NCBI RefSeq assembly: GCF_054482525.1
Contig: NZ_CM137006.1
DNA length: 64,000 nucleotides
Strand: one strand, 5' to 3'
Shown here: piece after piece, positions 32,652 to 45,165 of the stretch
Layout of the letters: each line of letters begins with the position of its first letter
Position numbering within the stretch: the first letter of the stretch is position 1
Notes under the pieces: generated by a model
What the model was told of the DNA's origin: nothing
What the model saw: only the letters and a program-made list of their open reading frames with translations
The model's database searches: none
Program-made: the position numbers and the translations under genes

Positions 32652-33368
32652 TTACGCATTACGCTGCAACAACATCGACTTGATATGGCCGATGGCGCGC
32701 GTCGGGTTCAGCCCCTTCGGACATACACTGACGCAGTTCATGATGCTGTGACAGCGGAATACACTGAATGCATCGCTCAAACCGTCGAGGCGGCTGTCAG
32801 TCTCGGTATCACGGCTATCGATCAGGAAACGATATGCCGCTAACAAGCCTGCCGGGCCGATAAACTTATCGGGATTCCACCAGAAAGACGGACAAGAGGT
32901 TGAACAACATGCGCAGAGAATACATTCATACAGCCCGTCGAGTTTTTCGCGCTGCTCTGGCATCTGTAAATGCTCGCGAGCTGGCGGATTTTGTCCATTA
33001 TTCAACAGGTAAGGCTTAATTTTCTCATATTGCGCATAGAATTGTCCCATGTCTACCACCAAATCGCGGATCACCGGTAAACCTGGCAGCGGGCGAATCA
33101 CAATCTTCTTGCCCGGCTGGTTGAGTGCCGAAATCGGGGTAATACAGGCCAGACCATTCTTGCCGTTCATGTTCAGACCGTCGGAACCGCACACACCTTC
33201 ACGGCAGGAACGGCGGAACGACAGGCTGGGATCTTTCTCTTTCAGCTGGATAAGCGCATCCAGCAGCATCATGTCGCGACCTTCTTCCGCTTCCAGGGTG
33301 TAATCCTGCATACGCGGAGCATCATCAACATCCGGGTTATAGCGATAAATTGAAAACTCGAGTCTCAT
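32652..33368 (-). CDS. sdhB: Succinate dehydrogenase iron-sulfur subunit
   Basis: 238 aa MRLEFSIYRYNPDVDDAPRMQDYTLEA... with Cys clusters. Confidence 0.95.
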   Translation of the reverse strand: MRLEFSIYRYNPDVDDAPRMQDYTLEAEEGRDMMLLDALIQLKEKDPSLSFRRSCREGVCGSDGLNMNGKNGLACITPISALNQPGKKIVIRPLPGLPVIRDLVVDMGQFYAQYEKIKPYLLNNGQNPPAREHLQMPEQREKLDGLYECILCACCSTSCPSFWWNPDKFIGPAGLLAAYRFLIDSRDTETDSRLDGLSDAFSVFRCHSIMNCVSVCPKGLNPTRAIGHIKSMLLQRNA

Positions 33369-33383
33369 TTTCCTGTCTCCGCA

Positions 33384-35150
33384 TTAGTAAGTACGAATCT
33401 TCGGCGGGAATGCCGGGCGCAGTTTCGGTTCCATGTTGACGCTTCGGCGCGTCATGGATTCCGACTCTGGCAGATACAGGGAGTGGCACAGCCAGTTTTC
33501 ATCATCACGATCCGGGAAGTCGAAGCGGCTATGCGCGCCACGGCTTTCGGTACGGAAGTTGGCAGAAACAGCCGTTGCATACGCCGTTTCCATCAGGTTA
33601 TCAAGTTCCAGGCACTCAACGCGCTGGGTGTTGAACTCGCTGGAAGTGTCATCCAGACGGGCATTTTTCAGGCGCTCGCGGATAACTTTCAACTGCTCAA
33701 GACCTTTCGCCATCGCATCACCTTCACGGAAGACCGAGAAGTTATGCTGCATACATTCTTGCAGTGCTTTACGGATCGCCACCGGATCTTCACCGTTACG
33801 GTTGTTGTTCCAGCGGTTCAGGCGATCCAGAGACGCTTCTACATCAGACTCGCTGGCATCGCGCAGTGCGCCCTGCTCGGCGATAGACTCTTGCAGATGC
33901 AGACCCGCTGCGCGACCAAAGACCACCAGGTCCAGCAGCGAGTTGCCGCCAAGACGGTTAGCGCCGTGTACCGATACGCAGGCAATTTCACCTACCGCGA
34001 ACAGCCCCGGAACCACCACATCTTCGCCTTTCTCGTTCACCGTCAGCGCCTGACCGGTCACTTTGGTCGGAATACCGCCCATCATGTAGTGACAGGTTGG
34101 GATAACCGGAATCGGCTCTTTCACCGGATCGACGTGAGCGAAGGTACGGGAGAGTTCCAGGATACCCGGCAGACGGGATTCAAGAACTTCTTTACCCAGG
34201 TGGTCGAGTTTCAGTTTCGCATGTGGCCCCCACGGACCATCACAGCCGCGACCTTCACGGATTTCAATCATGATGGAACGCGCCACCACGTCACGGCCCG
34301 CCAGGTCTTTGGCGTTCGGCGCATAACGCTCCATAAAGCGTTCGCCATGTTTGTTCAGCAGATAACCGCCTTCACCACGGCAACCTTCGGTGACCAGGAC
34401 GCCCGCACCTGCAATACCGGTCGGGTGGAACTGCCACATTTCCATATCCTGCACCGGTACGCCTGCACGGATAGCCATGCCGACACCGTCGCCAGTGTTA
34501 ATGTGGGCGTTAGTGGTGGACTGATAAATACGCCCTGCCCCGCCAGTCGCCAGCACGGTAGCGCGGGCTTTGAAATAAACCACTTCACCAGTTTCGATGC
34601 ACAGTGCAGTACAACCCACCACCGCGCCATCCTGGTTTTTCACCAGATCCAGCGCATACCACTCGGAGAAAATAGTGGTGTGGTTTTTCAGGTTCTGCTG
34701 ATAAAGCGTGTGCAACAGTGCGTGACCGGTACGGTCAGCAGCCGCCGCAGTGCGTGCCGCCTGCTCGCCGCCGAAGTTTTTCGACTGACCGCCAAACGGA
34801 CGTTGATAGATACGACCATCATCAAGACGCGAGAACGGCAGGCCCATGTGTTCGAGTTCCAGAATCGCTTCCGGCCCGGTTTTACACATATATTCAATCG
34901 CGTCCTGGTCACCGATATAGTCCGACCCTTTTACGGTATCGTACATATGCCATTCCCAGTTATCTTCATGGGTATTACCCAGCGCAACGGTAATGCCGCC
35001 TTGCGCAGAAACGGTATGGGAACGGGTCGGGAAGACTTTAGAGAGCAGCGCACAGGTCTGACCGCTCTGGGAAATTTGCAGCGCCGCGCGCATACCTGCG
35101 CCACCGGCACCAATCACAACTGCATCAAATTCTCTGACTGGCAATTTCAT
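33384..35150 (-). CDS. sdhA: Succinate dehydrogenase flavoprotein subunit
   Basis: 588 aa from [25 protein letters not shown]... (start set 4 codons inside the ORF). Confidence 0.95.
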   Translation of the reverse strand: MKLPVREFDAVVIGAGGAGMRAALQISQSGQTCALLSKVFPTRSHTVSAQGGITVALGNTHEDNWEWHMYDTVKGSDYIGDQDAIEYMCKTGPEAILELEHMGLPFSRLDDGRIYQRPFGGQSKNFGGEQAARTAAAADRTGHALLHTLYQQNLKNHTTIFSEWYALDLVKNQDGAVVGCTALCIETGEVVYFKARATVLATGGAGRIYQSTTNAHINTGDGVGMAIRAGVPVQDMEMWQFHPTGIAGAGVLVTEGCRGEGGYLLNKHGERFMERYAPNAKDLAGRDVVARSIMIEIREGRGCDGPWGPHAKLKLDHLGKEVLESRLPGILELSRTFAHVDPVKEPIPVIPTCHYMMGGIPTKVTGQALTVNEKGEDVVVPGLFAVGEIACVSVHGANRLGGNSLLDLVVFGRAAGLHLQESIAEQGALRDASESDVEASLDRLNRWNNNRNGEDPVAIRKALQECMQHNFSVFREGDAMAKGLEQLKVIRERLKNARLDDTSSEFNTQRVECLELDNLMETAYATAVSANFRTESRGAHSRFDFPDRDDENWLCHSLYLPESESMTRRSVNMEPKLRPAFPPKIRTY

Positions 35151-35497
35151 CACACACCCCACACCACAACGAATCCATAAATCACGTAAACCACCAGTGC
35201 AACGACAATCACCAGTTGCAGCATCAGGCGCAAGGCCAGCGGTTTAACGTAGTCGGTCAACACCTGCCACATGCCGATCCAGGCATGAATCAAGATAGAA
35301 AACAGCGCCAGCAGGGTGAACACTTTGGTGAACGCAGAGGCGAAGAAACCGATCCAGACTTCATATGTCAGCTCGCCACTGGTAGCGAAAAAACCGACCA
35401 TATAAATGATGTAGAGCGTCAGGACGATAGCGGTAGCGCGAACGAGGATGAAATCATGTACGCCATTGCGTCCTAATGCGGAGGCGTTGCTTACCAT
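35150..35497 (-). CDS. sdhD: Succinate dehydrogenase membrane anchor subunit
   Basis: 115 aa hydrophobic protein; overlaps sdhA start. Confidence 0.93.
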
Positions 35498-35880
35498 ACG
35501 AGGACTCCTGCGAGAAGTGAAAGCACGACAGTAATAACAAAGGAGATTTTGGCGGAGCGTTTACCCGCTTCGAATGTTTCTTCCAGATAGCCAAAATCCA
35601 TCATCATGTGGCGAATACCTACGACGACGTGATACGCCAGAGCGGTAAGGATGCCCCACATGATAAATTTGACGAAGAAGCTGCCCATAATCGCAGAAGC
35701 TTGCTCGAAACCTTCAGGGGAAGAGAGGCTGGTACCCAGAAGCCACAGCAGGATGCCCACTGCAACAAAGGTGATCATACCGGAAACGCGATGGAGAATG
35801 GACGCTATCGCCGTGACGGGGAACCGGATGGTCTGTAGGTCCAGATTAACAGGTCTTTGTTTTTTCACATTTCTTATCAT
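35491..35880 (-). CDS. sdhC: Succinate dehydrogenase cytochrome b556 subunit
   Basis: 129 aa from [34 protein letters not shown]... Confidence 0.93.
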
Positions 35881-36588
35881 GAATAACGCCCACATGCTGT
35901 TCTTATTATTCCCTGGGGACTACGGGCACAGAGGTTAACTTTCTGTTACCTGGAGACGTCGGGATTTCCTTCCTCCGGTCTGCTTGCGGGTCAGACAGCG
36001 TCCTTTCTATAACTGCGCGTCATGCAAAACACTGCTTCCAGATGCGAAAACGACACGTTACAACGCTGGGTGGCTCGGGATTGCAGGGTGTTCCGGAGAC
36101 CTGGCGGCAGTATAGGCCGTTCACAAAATCATTACAATTAACCTACATATAGTTTGTCGGGTTTTATCCTGAACAGTGATCCAGGTCACGATAACAACAT
36201 TTATTTAATTTTTAATCATCTAATTTGACAATCATTCAACAAAGTTGTTACAAACATTACCAGGAAAAGCATATAATGCGTAAAAGTTATGAAGTCGGTA
36301 TTTCACCTAAGATTAACTTATGTAACAGTGTGGAAGTATTGACCAATTCATTCGGGACAGTTATTAGTGGTAGACAAGTTTAATAATTCGGATTGCTAAG
36401 TACTTGATTCGCCATTTATTCGTCATCAATGGATCCTTTACCTGCAAGCGCCCAGAGCTCTGTACCCAGGTTTTCCCCTCTTTCGCAGAGCGGCGAGCCA
36501 AATAACAAACGGGTAAAGCCAGGTTGATGTGCGAAGGCAAATTTAAGTTCCGGCAGTCTTACGCAATAAGGCGCTAAGGAGACCTTAA

Positions 36589-37872
36589 ATGGCTGATACA
36601 AAAGCAAAACTCACCCTCAACGGGGATACAGCTGTTGAACTGGATGTGCTGAAAGGCACGCTGGGTCAAGATGTTATTGATATCCGTACTCTCGGTTCAA
36701 AAGGTGTATTCACCTTTGACCCAGGCTTCACTTCAACCGCATCCTGCGAATCTAAAATTACTTTTATTGATGGTGATGAAGGTATTTTGCTGCACCGCGG
36801 TTTCCCGATCGATCAGCTGGCGACCGATTCTAACTACCTGGAAGTTTGTTACATCCTGCTGAATGGTGAAAAACCGACTCAGGAACAGTATGACGAATTT
36901 AAAACTACGGTGACCCGTCATACCATGATCCACGAGCAGATTACCCGTCTGTTCCATGCTTTCCGTCGCGACTCGCATCCAATGGCAGTCATGTGTGGTA
37001 TTACCGGCGCGCTGGCGGCGTTCTATCACGACTCGCTGGATGTTAACAATCCTCGTCATCGTGAAATTGCCGCGTTCCGCCTGCTGTCGAAAATGCCGAC
37101 CATGGCCGCGATGTGTTACAAGTATTCCATTGGTCAGCCATTTGTTTACCCGCGCAACGATCTCTCCTATGCCGGTAACTTCCTGAATATGATGTTCTCC
37201 ACGCCGTGCGAACCGTATGAAGTTAATCCGATTCTGGAACGTGCTATGGACCGTATTTTGATCCTGCACGCTGACCATGAACAGAACGCCTCTACCTCCA
37301 CCGTGCGTACCGCTGGCTCTTCGGGGGCGAACCCGTTTGCCTGTATCGCAGCAGGTATTGCTTCACTGTGGGGACCTGCGCACGGTGGTGCTAACGAAGC
37401 GGCGCTGAAAATGCTGGAAGAAATCAGCTCCGTTAAACACATTCCGGAATTTGTTCGTCGTGCGAAAGATAAAAATGATTCTTTCCGCCTGATGGGCTTC
37501 GGGCACCGCGTGTACAAAAATTACGACCCGCGCGCCACCGTAATGCGTGAAACCTGCCATGAAGTGCTGAAAGAGCTGGGTACCAAAGATGACCTGCTGG
37601 AAGTGGCTATGGAGCTGGAAAACATCGCGCTGAACGACCCGTACTTTATCGAGAAGAAACTCTACCCGAACGTCGATTTCTACTCTGGTATCATCCTGAA
37701 AGCGATGGGTATTCCGTCTTCTATGTTCACCGTGATCTTCGCTATGGCACGTACCGTTGGCTGGATCGCCCACTGGAGCGAAATGCACAGTGACGGTATG
37801 AAGATTGCCCGTCCGCGTCAACTGTATACAGGATATGAAAAACGCGACTTTAAAAGCGATATCAAGCGTTAA
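36589..37872 (+). CDS. gltA: Citrate synthase
   Basis: 427 aa [47 protein letters not shown]...; divergent from sdhC. Confidence 0.95.
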   Translation: MADTKAKLTLNGDTAVELDVLKGTLGQDVIDIRTLGSKGVFTFDPGFTSTASCESKITFIDGDEGILLHRGFPIDQLATDSNYLEVCYILLNGEKPTQEQYDEFKTTVTRHTMIHEQITRLFHAFRRDSHPMAVMCGITGALAAFYHDSLDVNNPRHREIAAFRLLSKMPTMAAMCYKYSIGQPFVYPRNDLSYAGNFLNMMFSTPCEPYEVNPILERAMDRILILHADHEQNASTSTVRTAGSSGANPFACIAAGIASLWGPAHGGANEAALKMLEEISSVKHIPEFVRRAKDKNDSFRLMGFGHRVYKNYDPRATVMRETCHEVLKELGTKDDLLEVAMELENIALNDPYFIEKKLYPNVDFYSGIILKAMGIPSSMFTVIFAMARTVGWIAHWSEMHSDGMKIARPRQLYTGYEKRDFKSDIKR

Positions 37873-37900
37873 TGGTTGATTGCTAAGCCGTTTACTTTCC

Positions 37901-37932
37901 GGACCCGCCTTTAATAGAGCGGGTTCTTTTTT
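37901..37932 (+). terminator. Rho-independent terminator of gltA
   Basis: GGACCCGC...GCGGGTTC hairpin followed by T6. Confidence 0.6.
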
Positions 37933-38261
37933 ATATGGCTGAACATAATAAATTGTAAAAATTAAACCAGATGCAAATACCCATTAATAAGGTGAAAAAA
38001 TGTGACAAGTCACATACTGAGCAGAATGATAAGTTTATTTTTATACTTTCCTGCCGGTAGCATTGTTAACCCAATGAAAATTATGCATATCCATCCCACC
38101 CCATCTTTCATCTCATTAAACAATAAATTTATACACTCAATTATTCCATTCTTTATATAACAAGATTTTTAATATTGTTAAATAAAACCAAATACATTCA
38201 ACTGTCAGTTAATATATTCTTGCCTCGCAACACTCTATCTCATTATTTAAAGGACTCAGCT

Positions 38262-38828
38262 ATGTTTAAAGGACAAAAAACATTGGCCGCACTGGCCATA
38301 TCTCTGCTATTCACAGCACCTGTTTATGCGGCTGATGAAGGATCCGGTGAAATTCACTTTAAAGGTGAAGTTATTGAAGCACCGTGTGAAATACATCAGG
38401 ATGATATTGATAAAGAGGTTGAACTCGGTCAGGTGACCACCAGCCATATTAATCAGTCGCATCACAGCGATGCCGTTGCTGTCGACCTGCGCTTAGTCAA
38501 CTGCGATCTGGAAAACTCCAACAACGGTTCCGGCGGCAAGATTTCTAAAGTTGCAGTCACCTTTGAAAGCTCAGCGAAAACCACCGGCGCAGATCCGATT
38601 CTCAACAACACCAGCACGGGTGAAGCCACCGGCGTCGGCGTGCGTTTAATGAATAAAGATCAAAGCAATATCGTTTTAGGCACCGCTACTCCAGATATCG
38701 ACCTGGCTCCGACCTCCAGCGAACAAACGTTAAATTTCTTTGCGTGGATGGAACAAATTGATCAGGCTACACCTGTAACGCCAGGCGCAGTTACGGCGAA
38801 TGCGACCTACGTGCTGGATTATAAATAA
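38262..38828 (+). CDS. ybgD: Fimbrial major subunit-like protein
   Basis: 188 aa from MFKGQKTLAALAISLLFTAPVYA (signal peptide), type 1 fimbrial fold signature. Confidence 0.85.
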   Translation: MFKGQKTLAALAISLLFTAPVYAADEGSGEIHFKGEVIEAPCEIHQDDIDKEVELGQVTTSHINQSHHSDAVAVDLRLVNCDLENSNNGSGGKISKVAVTFESSAKTTGADPILNNTSTGEATGVGVRLMNKDQSNIVLGTATPDIDLAPTSSEQTLNFFAWMEQIDQATPVTPGAVTANATYVLDYK

Positions 38829-38878
38829 GTATCACTTTGGCGGCGTCATCGCCGCCTTTCTTCAAATATTTATCAGGT

Positions 38879-41338
38879 ATGGACACCGTGAATATTTATC
38901 GACTCTCTTTTATATCCTGCCTGGTCATGGCGATGCCTTCCGCATTGGCGGTCGAATTCAATCTGAATGTTCTCGATAAATCAATGCGCGACCGCATTGA
39001 TATTTCATTATTAAAGGAAAAAGGAGTCATTGCTCCCGGTGAATATTTTGTTAGCGTTGCGGTGAATAACAACCAAATCAGTAATGGGCAAAAAATCAAC
39101 TGGCAAAAAAAGGGTGACAAAACCATTCCATGCATCAATGATTCACTGGTCGATAAATTTGGTTTAAAACCAGATATCCGTCAGTCCTTGCCACAGATAG
39201 ATCGGTGTATTGATTTCAGTTCCCGACCTGAAATGCTCTTCAATTTCGATCAAGCCAATCAGCAACTGAATATTAGTATTCCGCAAGCCTGGCTGGCGTG
39301 GCACTCAGAAAACTGGGCTCCCCCCTCTACATGGAAAGAAGGTGTTGCCGGTGTCCTGATGGATTACAACTTGTTTGCCAGCAGCTACCGCCCACAGGAC
39401 GGCAGCAGCAGCACTAATCTGAATGCCTACGGTACCGCCGGAATTAACGCCGGGGCATGGCGCTTACGCAGTGATTACCAGCTTAATAAGACCGATAGCG
39501 AAGATAACCATGACCAGTCAGGCGGAATATCGCGCACCTATCTTTTTCGTCCATTACCGCAATTAGGCTCTAAGTTAACCCTCGGCGAAACCGATTTCAG
39601 TTCCAATATTTTCGACGGCTTTTCTTATACCGGCGCGGCACTGGCAAGTGACGATCGGATGTTACCGTGGGAGCTACGCGGCTACGCCCCACAAATCAGC
39701 GGCATTGCACAAACCAACGCCACCGTCACCGTGAGTCACTCAGGGCGAGTTATTTACCAGAAAAAAGTCCCACCAGGTCCGTTTATCATTGATGACCTTA
39801 ATCAGTCCGTCCAGGGTACGTTGGATGTCAAAGTGACGGAAGAAGATGGTCGGGTGAACAATTTCCAGGTTTCGGCAGCATCGACGCCCTTCCTGACTCG
39901 CCAGGGACAGGTTCGCTATAAATTGGCCGCGGGTCAGCCACGGCCCTCCATGTCACATCAAACTGAAAATGAAACCTTTTTTAGCAATGAAGTTTCCTGG
40001 GGGATGCTGTCAAATACCTCGCTGTACGGCGGCCTGCTGATTTCGGGTGACGACTACCATTCTGCCGCAATGGGTATCGGGCAAAATATGCTCTGGCTTG
40101 GTGCATTGTCGTTTGATGTCACCTGGGCCAGTAGTCAGTTTGATACTCAGCAGGACGAGCGGGGCTTAAGTTACCGCTTTAATTACAGCAAACAAGTGGA
40201 TGCCACTAACAGCACGATTTCGCTCGCCGCTTATCGCTTTTCAGATCGTCATTTTCACAGCTACGCCAACTATCTGGATCACAAATACAACGACAACGAT
40301 GCGCAGGACGAAAAACAGACGATCAGCTTATCCGTGGGGCAACCGATTACCCCACTGAACCTCAATCTGTACGCCAACCTGCTGCATCAAACCTGGTGGA
40401 ATGCAGACGCCTCCACGACCGCCAACATCACGGCGGGTTTTAATGTTGATATTGGTAACTGGAGAGATATCTCGATCTCGACGTCATTCAATACAACCCA
40501 TTACGAAGATAAAGATCGCGACAATCAGATTTACCTGTCGATTTCGCTTCCCTTCGGTAACGGGGGGCGGGTCGGTTATGACATGCAAAACAGTAGTCAA
40601 AGCACCACGCACCGCATGTCGTGGAATGATACGTTGGATGAACGTAATAGCTGGGGCATGTCTACCGGACTGCAATCCGACCGTCCGGATAATGGAGCCC
40701 AGGTGAGCGGTAACTATCAGCACCTGAGTTCAGCGGGTGAGTGGGATATTTCTGGTACCTATGCCGCCAATGATTACAGTTCCGTCAGCAGCAGCTGGAG
40801 CGGTTCTTTCACGGCAACTCAATATGGTGCGGCGTTCCATCGTCGCAGCTCCACCAATGAACCACGTCTGATGGTCAGTACCGATGGCGTGGCAGATATT
40901 CCGGTTCAGGGCAATCTCGACTACACCAACCATTTTGGCATTGCGGTGGTGCCGTTGATTTCCAGTTATCAGCCTTCCACCGTGGCGGTGAACATGAATG
41001 ATTTACCCGACGGCGTAACAGTGGCAGATAACGTTATCAAAGAAACGTGGATTGAAGGCGCGATAGGTTACAAATCGCTGGCTTCCCGTTCCGGTAAAGA
41101 CGTTAACGTCATCATTCGCAACGCCAGCGGTCAGTTCCCTCCCCTCGGTGCGGATATCCGCCAGGATGATAGCGGCATTAGCGTGGGGATGGTTGGCGAG
41201 GAAGGACATGCCTGGTTAAGTGGAGTCGCTGAAAATCAACAATTTACCGTGGTCTGGGGTAATAGCCAGCGTTGCTCGATCCATCTTCCTGAACATATGG
41301 AAGACACCGCAAATCGCCTGATTTTACCTTGTCATTAA
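38879..41338 (+). CDS. ybgQ: Fimbrial outer-membrane usher protein
   Basis: About 819 aa from MDTVNIYRLSFISCLVMAMPSALA; PapC/FimD-like usher; start codon choice uncertain (ORF track begins at a TTG at 38837). Confidence 0.8.
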   Translation: MDTVNIYRLSFISCLVMAMPSALAVEFNLNVLDKSMRDRIDISLLKEKGVIAPGEYFVSVAVNNNQISNGQKINWQKKGDKTIPCINDSLVDKFGLKPDIRQSLPQIDRCIDFSSRPEMLFNFDQANQQLNISIPQAWLAWHSENWAPPSTWKEGVAGVLMDYNLFASSYRPQDGSSSTNLNAYGTAGINAGAWRLRSDYQLNKTDSEDNHDQSGGISRTYLFRPLPQLGSKLTLGETDFSSNIFDGFSYTGAALASDDRMLPWELRGYAPQISGIAQTNATVTVSHSGRVIYQKKVPPGPFIIDDLNQSVQGTLDVKVTEEDGRVNNFQVSAASTPFLTRQGQVRYKLAAGQPRPSMSHQTENETFFSNEVSWGMLSNTSLYGGLLISGDDYHSAAMGIGQNMLWLGALSFDVTWASSQFDTQQDERGLSYRFNYSKQVDATNSTISLAAYRFSDRHFHSYANYLDHKYNDNDAQDEKQTISLSVGQPITPLNLNLYANLLHQTWWNADASTTANITAGFNVDIGNWRDISISTSFNTTHYEDKDRDNQIYLSISLPFGNGGRVGYDMQNSSQSTTHRMSWNDTLDERNSWGMSTGLQSDRPDNGAQVSGNYQHLSSAGEWDISGTYAANDYSSVSSSWSGSFTATQYGAAFHRRSSTNEPRLMVSTDGVADIPVQGNLDYTNHFGIAVVPLISSYQPSTVAVNMNDLPDGVTVADNVIKETWIEGAIGYKSLASRSGKDVNVIIRNASGQFPPLGADIRQDDSGISVGMVGEEGHAWLSGVAENQQFTVVWGNSQRCSIHLPEHMEDTANRLILPCH

Positions 41339-41353
41339 TTAAGGAAATGAAAA

Positions 41354-42085
41354 ATGACATTTATGAAAGGACTTCCCCTTTTGTTGTTGATTGCCAGTCT
41401 GTGCAGCTACGCTGCGCTACAACCCGATCGCACTCGCATTGTGTTTAACGCTAATGATAAAGCCACCAGCCTGCGAGTGGATAATCGTAGCGATAAACTC
41501 CCCTACCTCGCTTATTCCTGGCTCGAAAATGAAAAAGGGGAGAAAAGCGACGATCTTCTGGTCGCCCTGCCACCGATACAACGTCTGGAACCGAAAGCAA
41601 CAACGCAGGTGCGGATAGTCAAGCAAGCCTCGACCGCGAAATTACCTGGCGATCGCGAAACGCTATTTTTCTACAATATGCGTGAAATTCCTCCCTCCCC
41701 AGAAAAAAACAGCGGCCATGCCGTTCTGCAGGTCGCCATCCAGAGTCGTATCAAGGTGTTCTGGAGACCGTCCGCGTTACGCAAGAAAGCAGGAGAAAAA
41801 GTCGAGCTACAGTTACAAGTCAGCCAGCAGGGCAATCAACTTAACTTAAAAAACCCGACCGGCTATTACCTGACAATCGCCTACCTCGGACGAAATGAGC
41901 AAGCTGTTCTCCCGGGCTTCAAAACCGTGATGGTTGCGCCTTTTAGTACAGTAATTACAAACACCGGAAGTTATAGCGGCAGTCAGTTTTATCTCGGTTA
42001 TATGGATGATTACGGCGCGTTACGCATGACGACGCTCAATTGCAACGGACATTGCCGTTTACAAGCAGTGGAGGCGAAGAAATGA
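41354..42085 (+). CDS. ybgP: Periplasmic fimbrial chaperone
   Basis: 243 aa with signal peptide, PapD-like chaperone. Confidence 0.85.
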   Translation: MTFMKGLPLLLLIASLCSYAALQPDRTRIVFNANDKATSLRVDNRSDKLPYLAYSWLENEKGEKSDDLLVALPPIQRLEPKATTQVRIVKQASTAKLPGDRETLFFYNMREIPPSPEKNSGHAVLQVAIQSRIKVFWRPSALRKKAGEKVELQLQVSQQGNQLNLKNPTGYYLTIAYLGRNEQAVLPGFKTVMVAPFSTVITNTGSYSGSQFYLGYMDDYGALRMTTLNCNGHCRLQAVEAKK

Positions 42086-43143
42086 GTACTGGCAAAGGAT
42101 TGTTGCTCGTCATCTGTCTGTTATTTCTGCCATTGAAGTCTGCGCTAGCGCTGAACTGCTATTTTGGTACTTCCGGCGGAACGGTAGAAAAATCGGAAGC
42201 GATTCAACCCTTTGCTGTGCCAGGTAATGCCAAACCCGGCGATAAGATCTGGGAATCTGACGATATTAAAATTCCCGTCTATTGTGACAACAATACCAAC
42301 GGCAACTTTGAAAGCGAACATGTCTACGCATGGGTAAACCCCTACCCGGGGGTACAGGATCGTTATTATCAACTCGGCGTGACATACAATGGTGTCGATT
42401 ACGATGCCAGTCTGGGGAAAAGCCGCATCGACACCAACCAGTGTATCGACAGTAAGAACATTAACATTTATACCCCTGAGCAGATTATCGCGATGGGCTG
42501 GCAGAACAAAATATGTTCGGGTGACCCCGCTAATATTCACATGTCGCGAACCTTTCTCGCTCGTATGCGGTTATACGTTAAGATTCGCGAAATGCCGCCG
42601 CATGATTATCAAAGTACGCTTAGCGACTACATCGTCGTGCAATTTGATGGTGCCGGTAGCGTTAACGAAGACCCTACCGCCCAAAACCTGAAATACCATA
42701 TTACTGGTCTGGAAAACATTCGTGTACTGGATTGCAGCGTCAATTTTTCTATTTCACCAGAAACACAGGTGATTGATTTTGGTAAATTTAACCTGCTGGA
42801 TATTCGCCGCCACACAATGTCGAAAACATTCAGTATTAAGACGACAAAATCACAAAATGACCAGTGCACCGACGGATTTAAGGTCAGCTCTTCGTTTTAT
42901 ACCGAAGAAACATTGATTGAAGAGGATAAAGCACTGCTGATTGGTAATGGACTGAAGCTACGTTTGCTGGATGAAAATTCTTCACCCTATACTTTCAACA
43001 AATACAGCGAATATGCTGATTTCACCAGCGATATGTTGATCTACGAAAAAACCTATACGGCTGAACTTTCGTCCATTCCCGGCACCCCCATCGAAGCGGG
43101 TCCCTTCGATACAGTGGTGCTTTTTAAGATTAACTATAACTAA
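42082..43143 (+). CDS. ybgO: Fimbrial adhesin-like protein
   Basis: 353 aa from [23 protein letters not shown] with GGAGG RBS; terminal gene of the chaperone-usher operon. Confidence 0.8.
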   Translation: MSTGKGLLLVICLLFLPLKSALALNCYFGTSGGTVEKSEAIQPFAVPGNAKPGDKIWESDDIKIPVYCDNNTNGNFESEHVYAWVNPYPGVQDRYYQLGVTYNGVDYDASLGKSRIDTNQCIDSKNINIYTPEQIIAMGWQNKICSGDPANIHMSRTFLARMRLYVKIREMPPHDYQSTLSDYIVVQFDGAGSVNEDPTAQNLKYHITGLENIRVLDCSVNFSISPETQVIDFGKFNLLDIRRHTMSKTFSIKTTKSQNDQCTDGFKVSSSFYTEETLIEEDKALLIGNGLKLRLLDENSSPYTFNKYSEYADFTSDMLIYEKTYTAELSSIPGTPIEAGPFDTVVLFKINYN

Positions 43144-43295
43144 TTTATCATGATGCCCTTTGCAGTCAGTAAAGGGCCTCTCTTTCAGAAAATTGCTGAT
43201 TTTCCCCTTTTCCTTGATTGCTGTTATTTTTTCCTGGCCCGGCTTTCTTTATGCTGTATCGATACACCAAAGAAAAAATAATGAGGGAGCGAAGG

Positions 43296-44342
43296 ATGCC
43301 AGTTTTGCAGTGGGGAATGTTATGTGTGCTCTCACTTCTCCTTTCTATTGGCTTCCTCGGATTACATCTCCCGGCGGCGCTATTACTTGGGCCGATGATC
43401 GCCGGGATCATCTTCAGTATGCGCGGGGTTACCCTGCAACTCCCCCGCTCCGCTTTTCTCGCCGCGCAGGCCATTCTTGGCTGCATGATTGCGCAAAACC
43501 TGACCGTTTCGATCCTGACCACGCTAGCGGTGAACTGGCCGATTGTGTTAGCTATTTTACTGGTGACGTTACTTTCCAGCGCCATCGTGGGTTGGTTATT
43601 GGTGCGCTATAGCTCACTGCCTGGAAATACCGGTGCCTGGGGTTCTTCTCCTGGCGGCGCGTCGGCAATGGTCGCTATGGCGCAAGATTACGGCGCAGAT
43701 ATTCGCCTGGTGGCGTTTATGCAATATCTGCGAGTGCTGTTCGTCGCGGGGGCGGCTGTTCTGGTCACCCGCATGATGCTGGGCGATAACGCTGAAGCGG
43801 TTAACCAGCAGATCGTCTGGTTCCCGCCAGTGAGCATTAATCTCCTGCTTACGATTTTGCTCGCAGTCGTTGCCGGTACAGTGGGATGCTTGCTACGTCT
43901 TCCTTCCGGCACGATGCTCATCCCGATGCTGGCGGGCGCAGTGCTCCAGTCTGGTCAGCTCATCACCATCGAACTACCGGAATGGCTGCTTGCGATGGCG
44001 TATATGGCAATTGGTTGGCGGATTGGTCTTGGTTTCGATAAACAAATATTACTGCGGGCATTGCGCCCGCTGCCACAAATCCTGCTGTCGATTTTTGCTC
44101 TGCTGGCTATTTGTGCGGGTATGGCGTGGGGACTGACCCGATTTATGCACATTGATTTTATGACTGCCTACCTCGCCACCAGCCCCGGCGGGCTTGATAC
44201 CGTGGCAGTCATCGCCGCAGGGAGCAATGCCGATATGGCGCTCATTATGGCGATGCAAACCCTGCGCCTGTTCAGTATTTTGCTGACGGGACCTGCCATT
44301 GCGCGGTTTATTTCAACCTATGCGCCGAAACGTACGGCCTAG
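43296..44342 (+). CDS. abrB: AbrB-family membrane protein (putative regulator of aidB/transporter-like)
   Basis: 348 aa from [37 protein letters not shown]...; polytopic membrane protein. Confidence 0.85.
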   Translation: MPVLQWGMLCVLSLLLSIGFLGLHLPAALLLGPMIAGIIFSMRGVTLQLPRSAFLAAQAILGCMIAQNLTVSILTTLAVNWPIVLAILLVTLLSSAIVGWLLVRYSSLPGNTGAWGSSPGGASAMVAMAQDYGADIRLVAFMQYLRVLFVAGAAVLVTRMMLGDNAEAVNQQIVWFPPVSINLLLTILLAVVAGTVGCLLRLPSGTMLIPMLAGAVLQSGQLITIELPEWLLAMAYMAIGWRIGLGFDKQILLRALRPLPQILLSIFALLAICAGMAWGLTRFMHIDFMTAYLATSPGGLDTVAVIAAGSNADMALIMAMQTLRLFSILLTGPAIARFISTYAPKRTA

Positions 44343-45130
44343 TGCTGACAGCCAGGGCACCAGTAAAACGGGCGAGATGACAGCGTGGTTTTCTCAATGA
44401 TGCCGCCACAGCGTTCGCACAGTTCGCCATCACGATGAAAAACCTTAAAGCGAAACAGCGCCCCATGATGCTTATTCTCATCCACCTGCCCCCGCGTAGC
44501 GTAAGAAAGTCGAGGAATATCCAGTAACGCGTGTGCGAGTGCATCCAGTTGCGCCGCATTGAGATCTTTCGCTTTATGATTTCCAGTCAACCCAACCTGC
44601 CAGAGGATCTCCACCCGCAAATAATTGCCAAGCCCAGCCAGAAACGCCTGATCGAGCAGTAATCCAGCAAACTGACGGTTACGAAAGCGCGGCGACAATA
44701 ATCGTTCTTTCGCCACCTCCGGCGTCAGATTCGGATCCAGCACATCTGGACCAACGCGTTGTAAAAACGGATGCGTGGTCAGTTGTTCCGGGGTCAACAT
44801 CTCAATATCCGAGGCGCTATAAAGCAGAATGGTTTTGTCAGCCGTTTGCAGTTTTACCCGCAATACTCGCGTGGTCTGCGGCTCTTCGCCGGTTTCAACC
44901 ACGCGCCAGACGCCGTAAAGCTGATTATGGCTGTAGAGCGTTAAACCGTTGGAAAAATGAGTTAACAACGCCTTACCTCGCGTTTCCACATGGGTAACGT
45001 GTTGACCGATAAGTTGTGATTGATAAGGTTCTAACTGCGGGAAGGCAAACCAGACATCAGTTAGTGGTTTGCCTTTGATCGCCGCCTCCAGGTTATCCGC
45101 TGCACGGCGGATCTCCGGGCCTTCAGGCAT
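44339..45130 (-). CDS. nei: Endonuclease VIII (DNA glycosylase/AP lyase)
   Basis: 263 aa [23 protein letters not shown]... with C-terminal zinc finger CxxC...CxxC. Confidence 0.93.
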   Translation of the reverse strand: MPEGPEIRRAADNLEAAIKGKPLTDVWFAFPQLEPYQSQLIGQHVTHVETRGKALLTHFSNGLTLYSHNQLYGVWRVVETGEEPQTTRVLRVKLQTADKTILLYSASDIEMLTPEQLTTHPFLQRVGPDVLDPNLTPEVAKERLLSPRFRNRQFAGLLLDQAFLAGLGNYLRVEILWQVGLTGNHKAKDLNAAQLDALAHALLDIPRLSYATRGQVDENKHHGALFRFKVFHRDGELCERCGGIIEKTTLSSRPFYWCPGCQH

Positions 45131-45165
45131 GGTGATATCCTTTTTTCATTCTTTATTAAGCGGGG

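Noticed and set aside
33483-35180. 565-aa plus-strand ORF
   Set aside because: Antisense to sdhA; shadow ORF.
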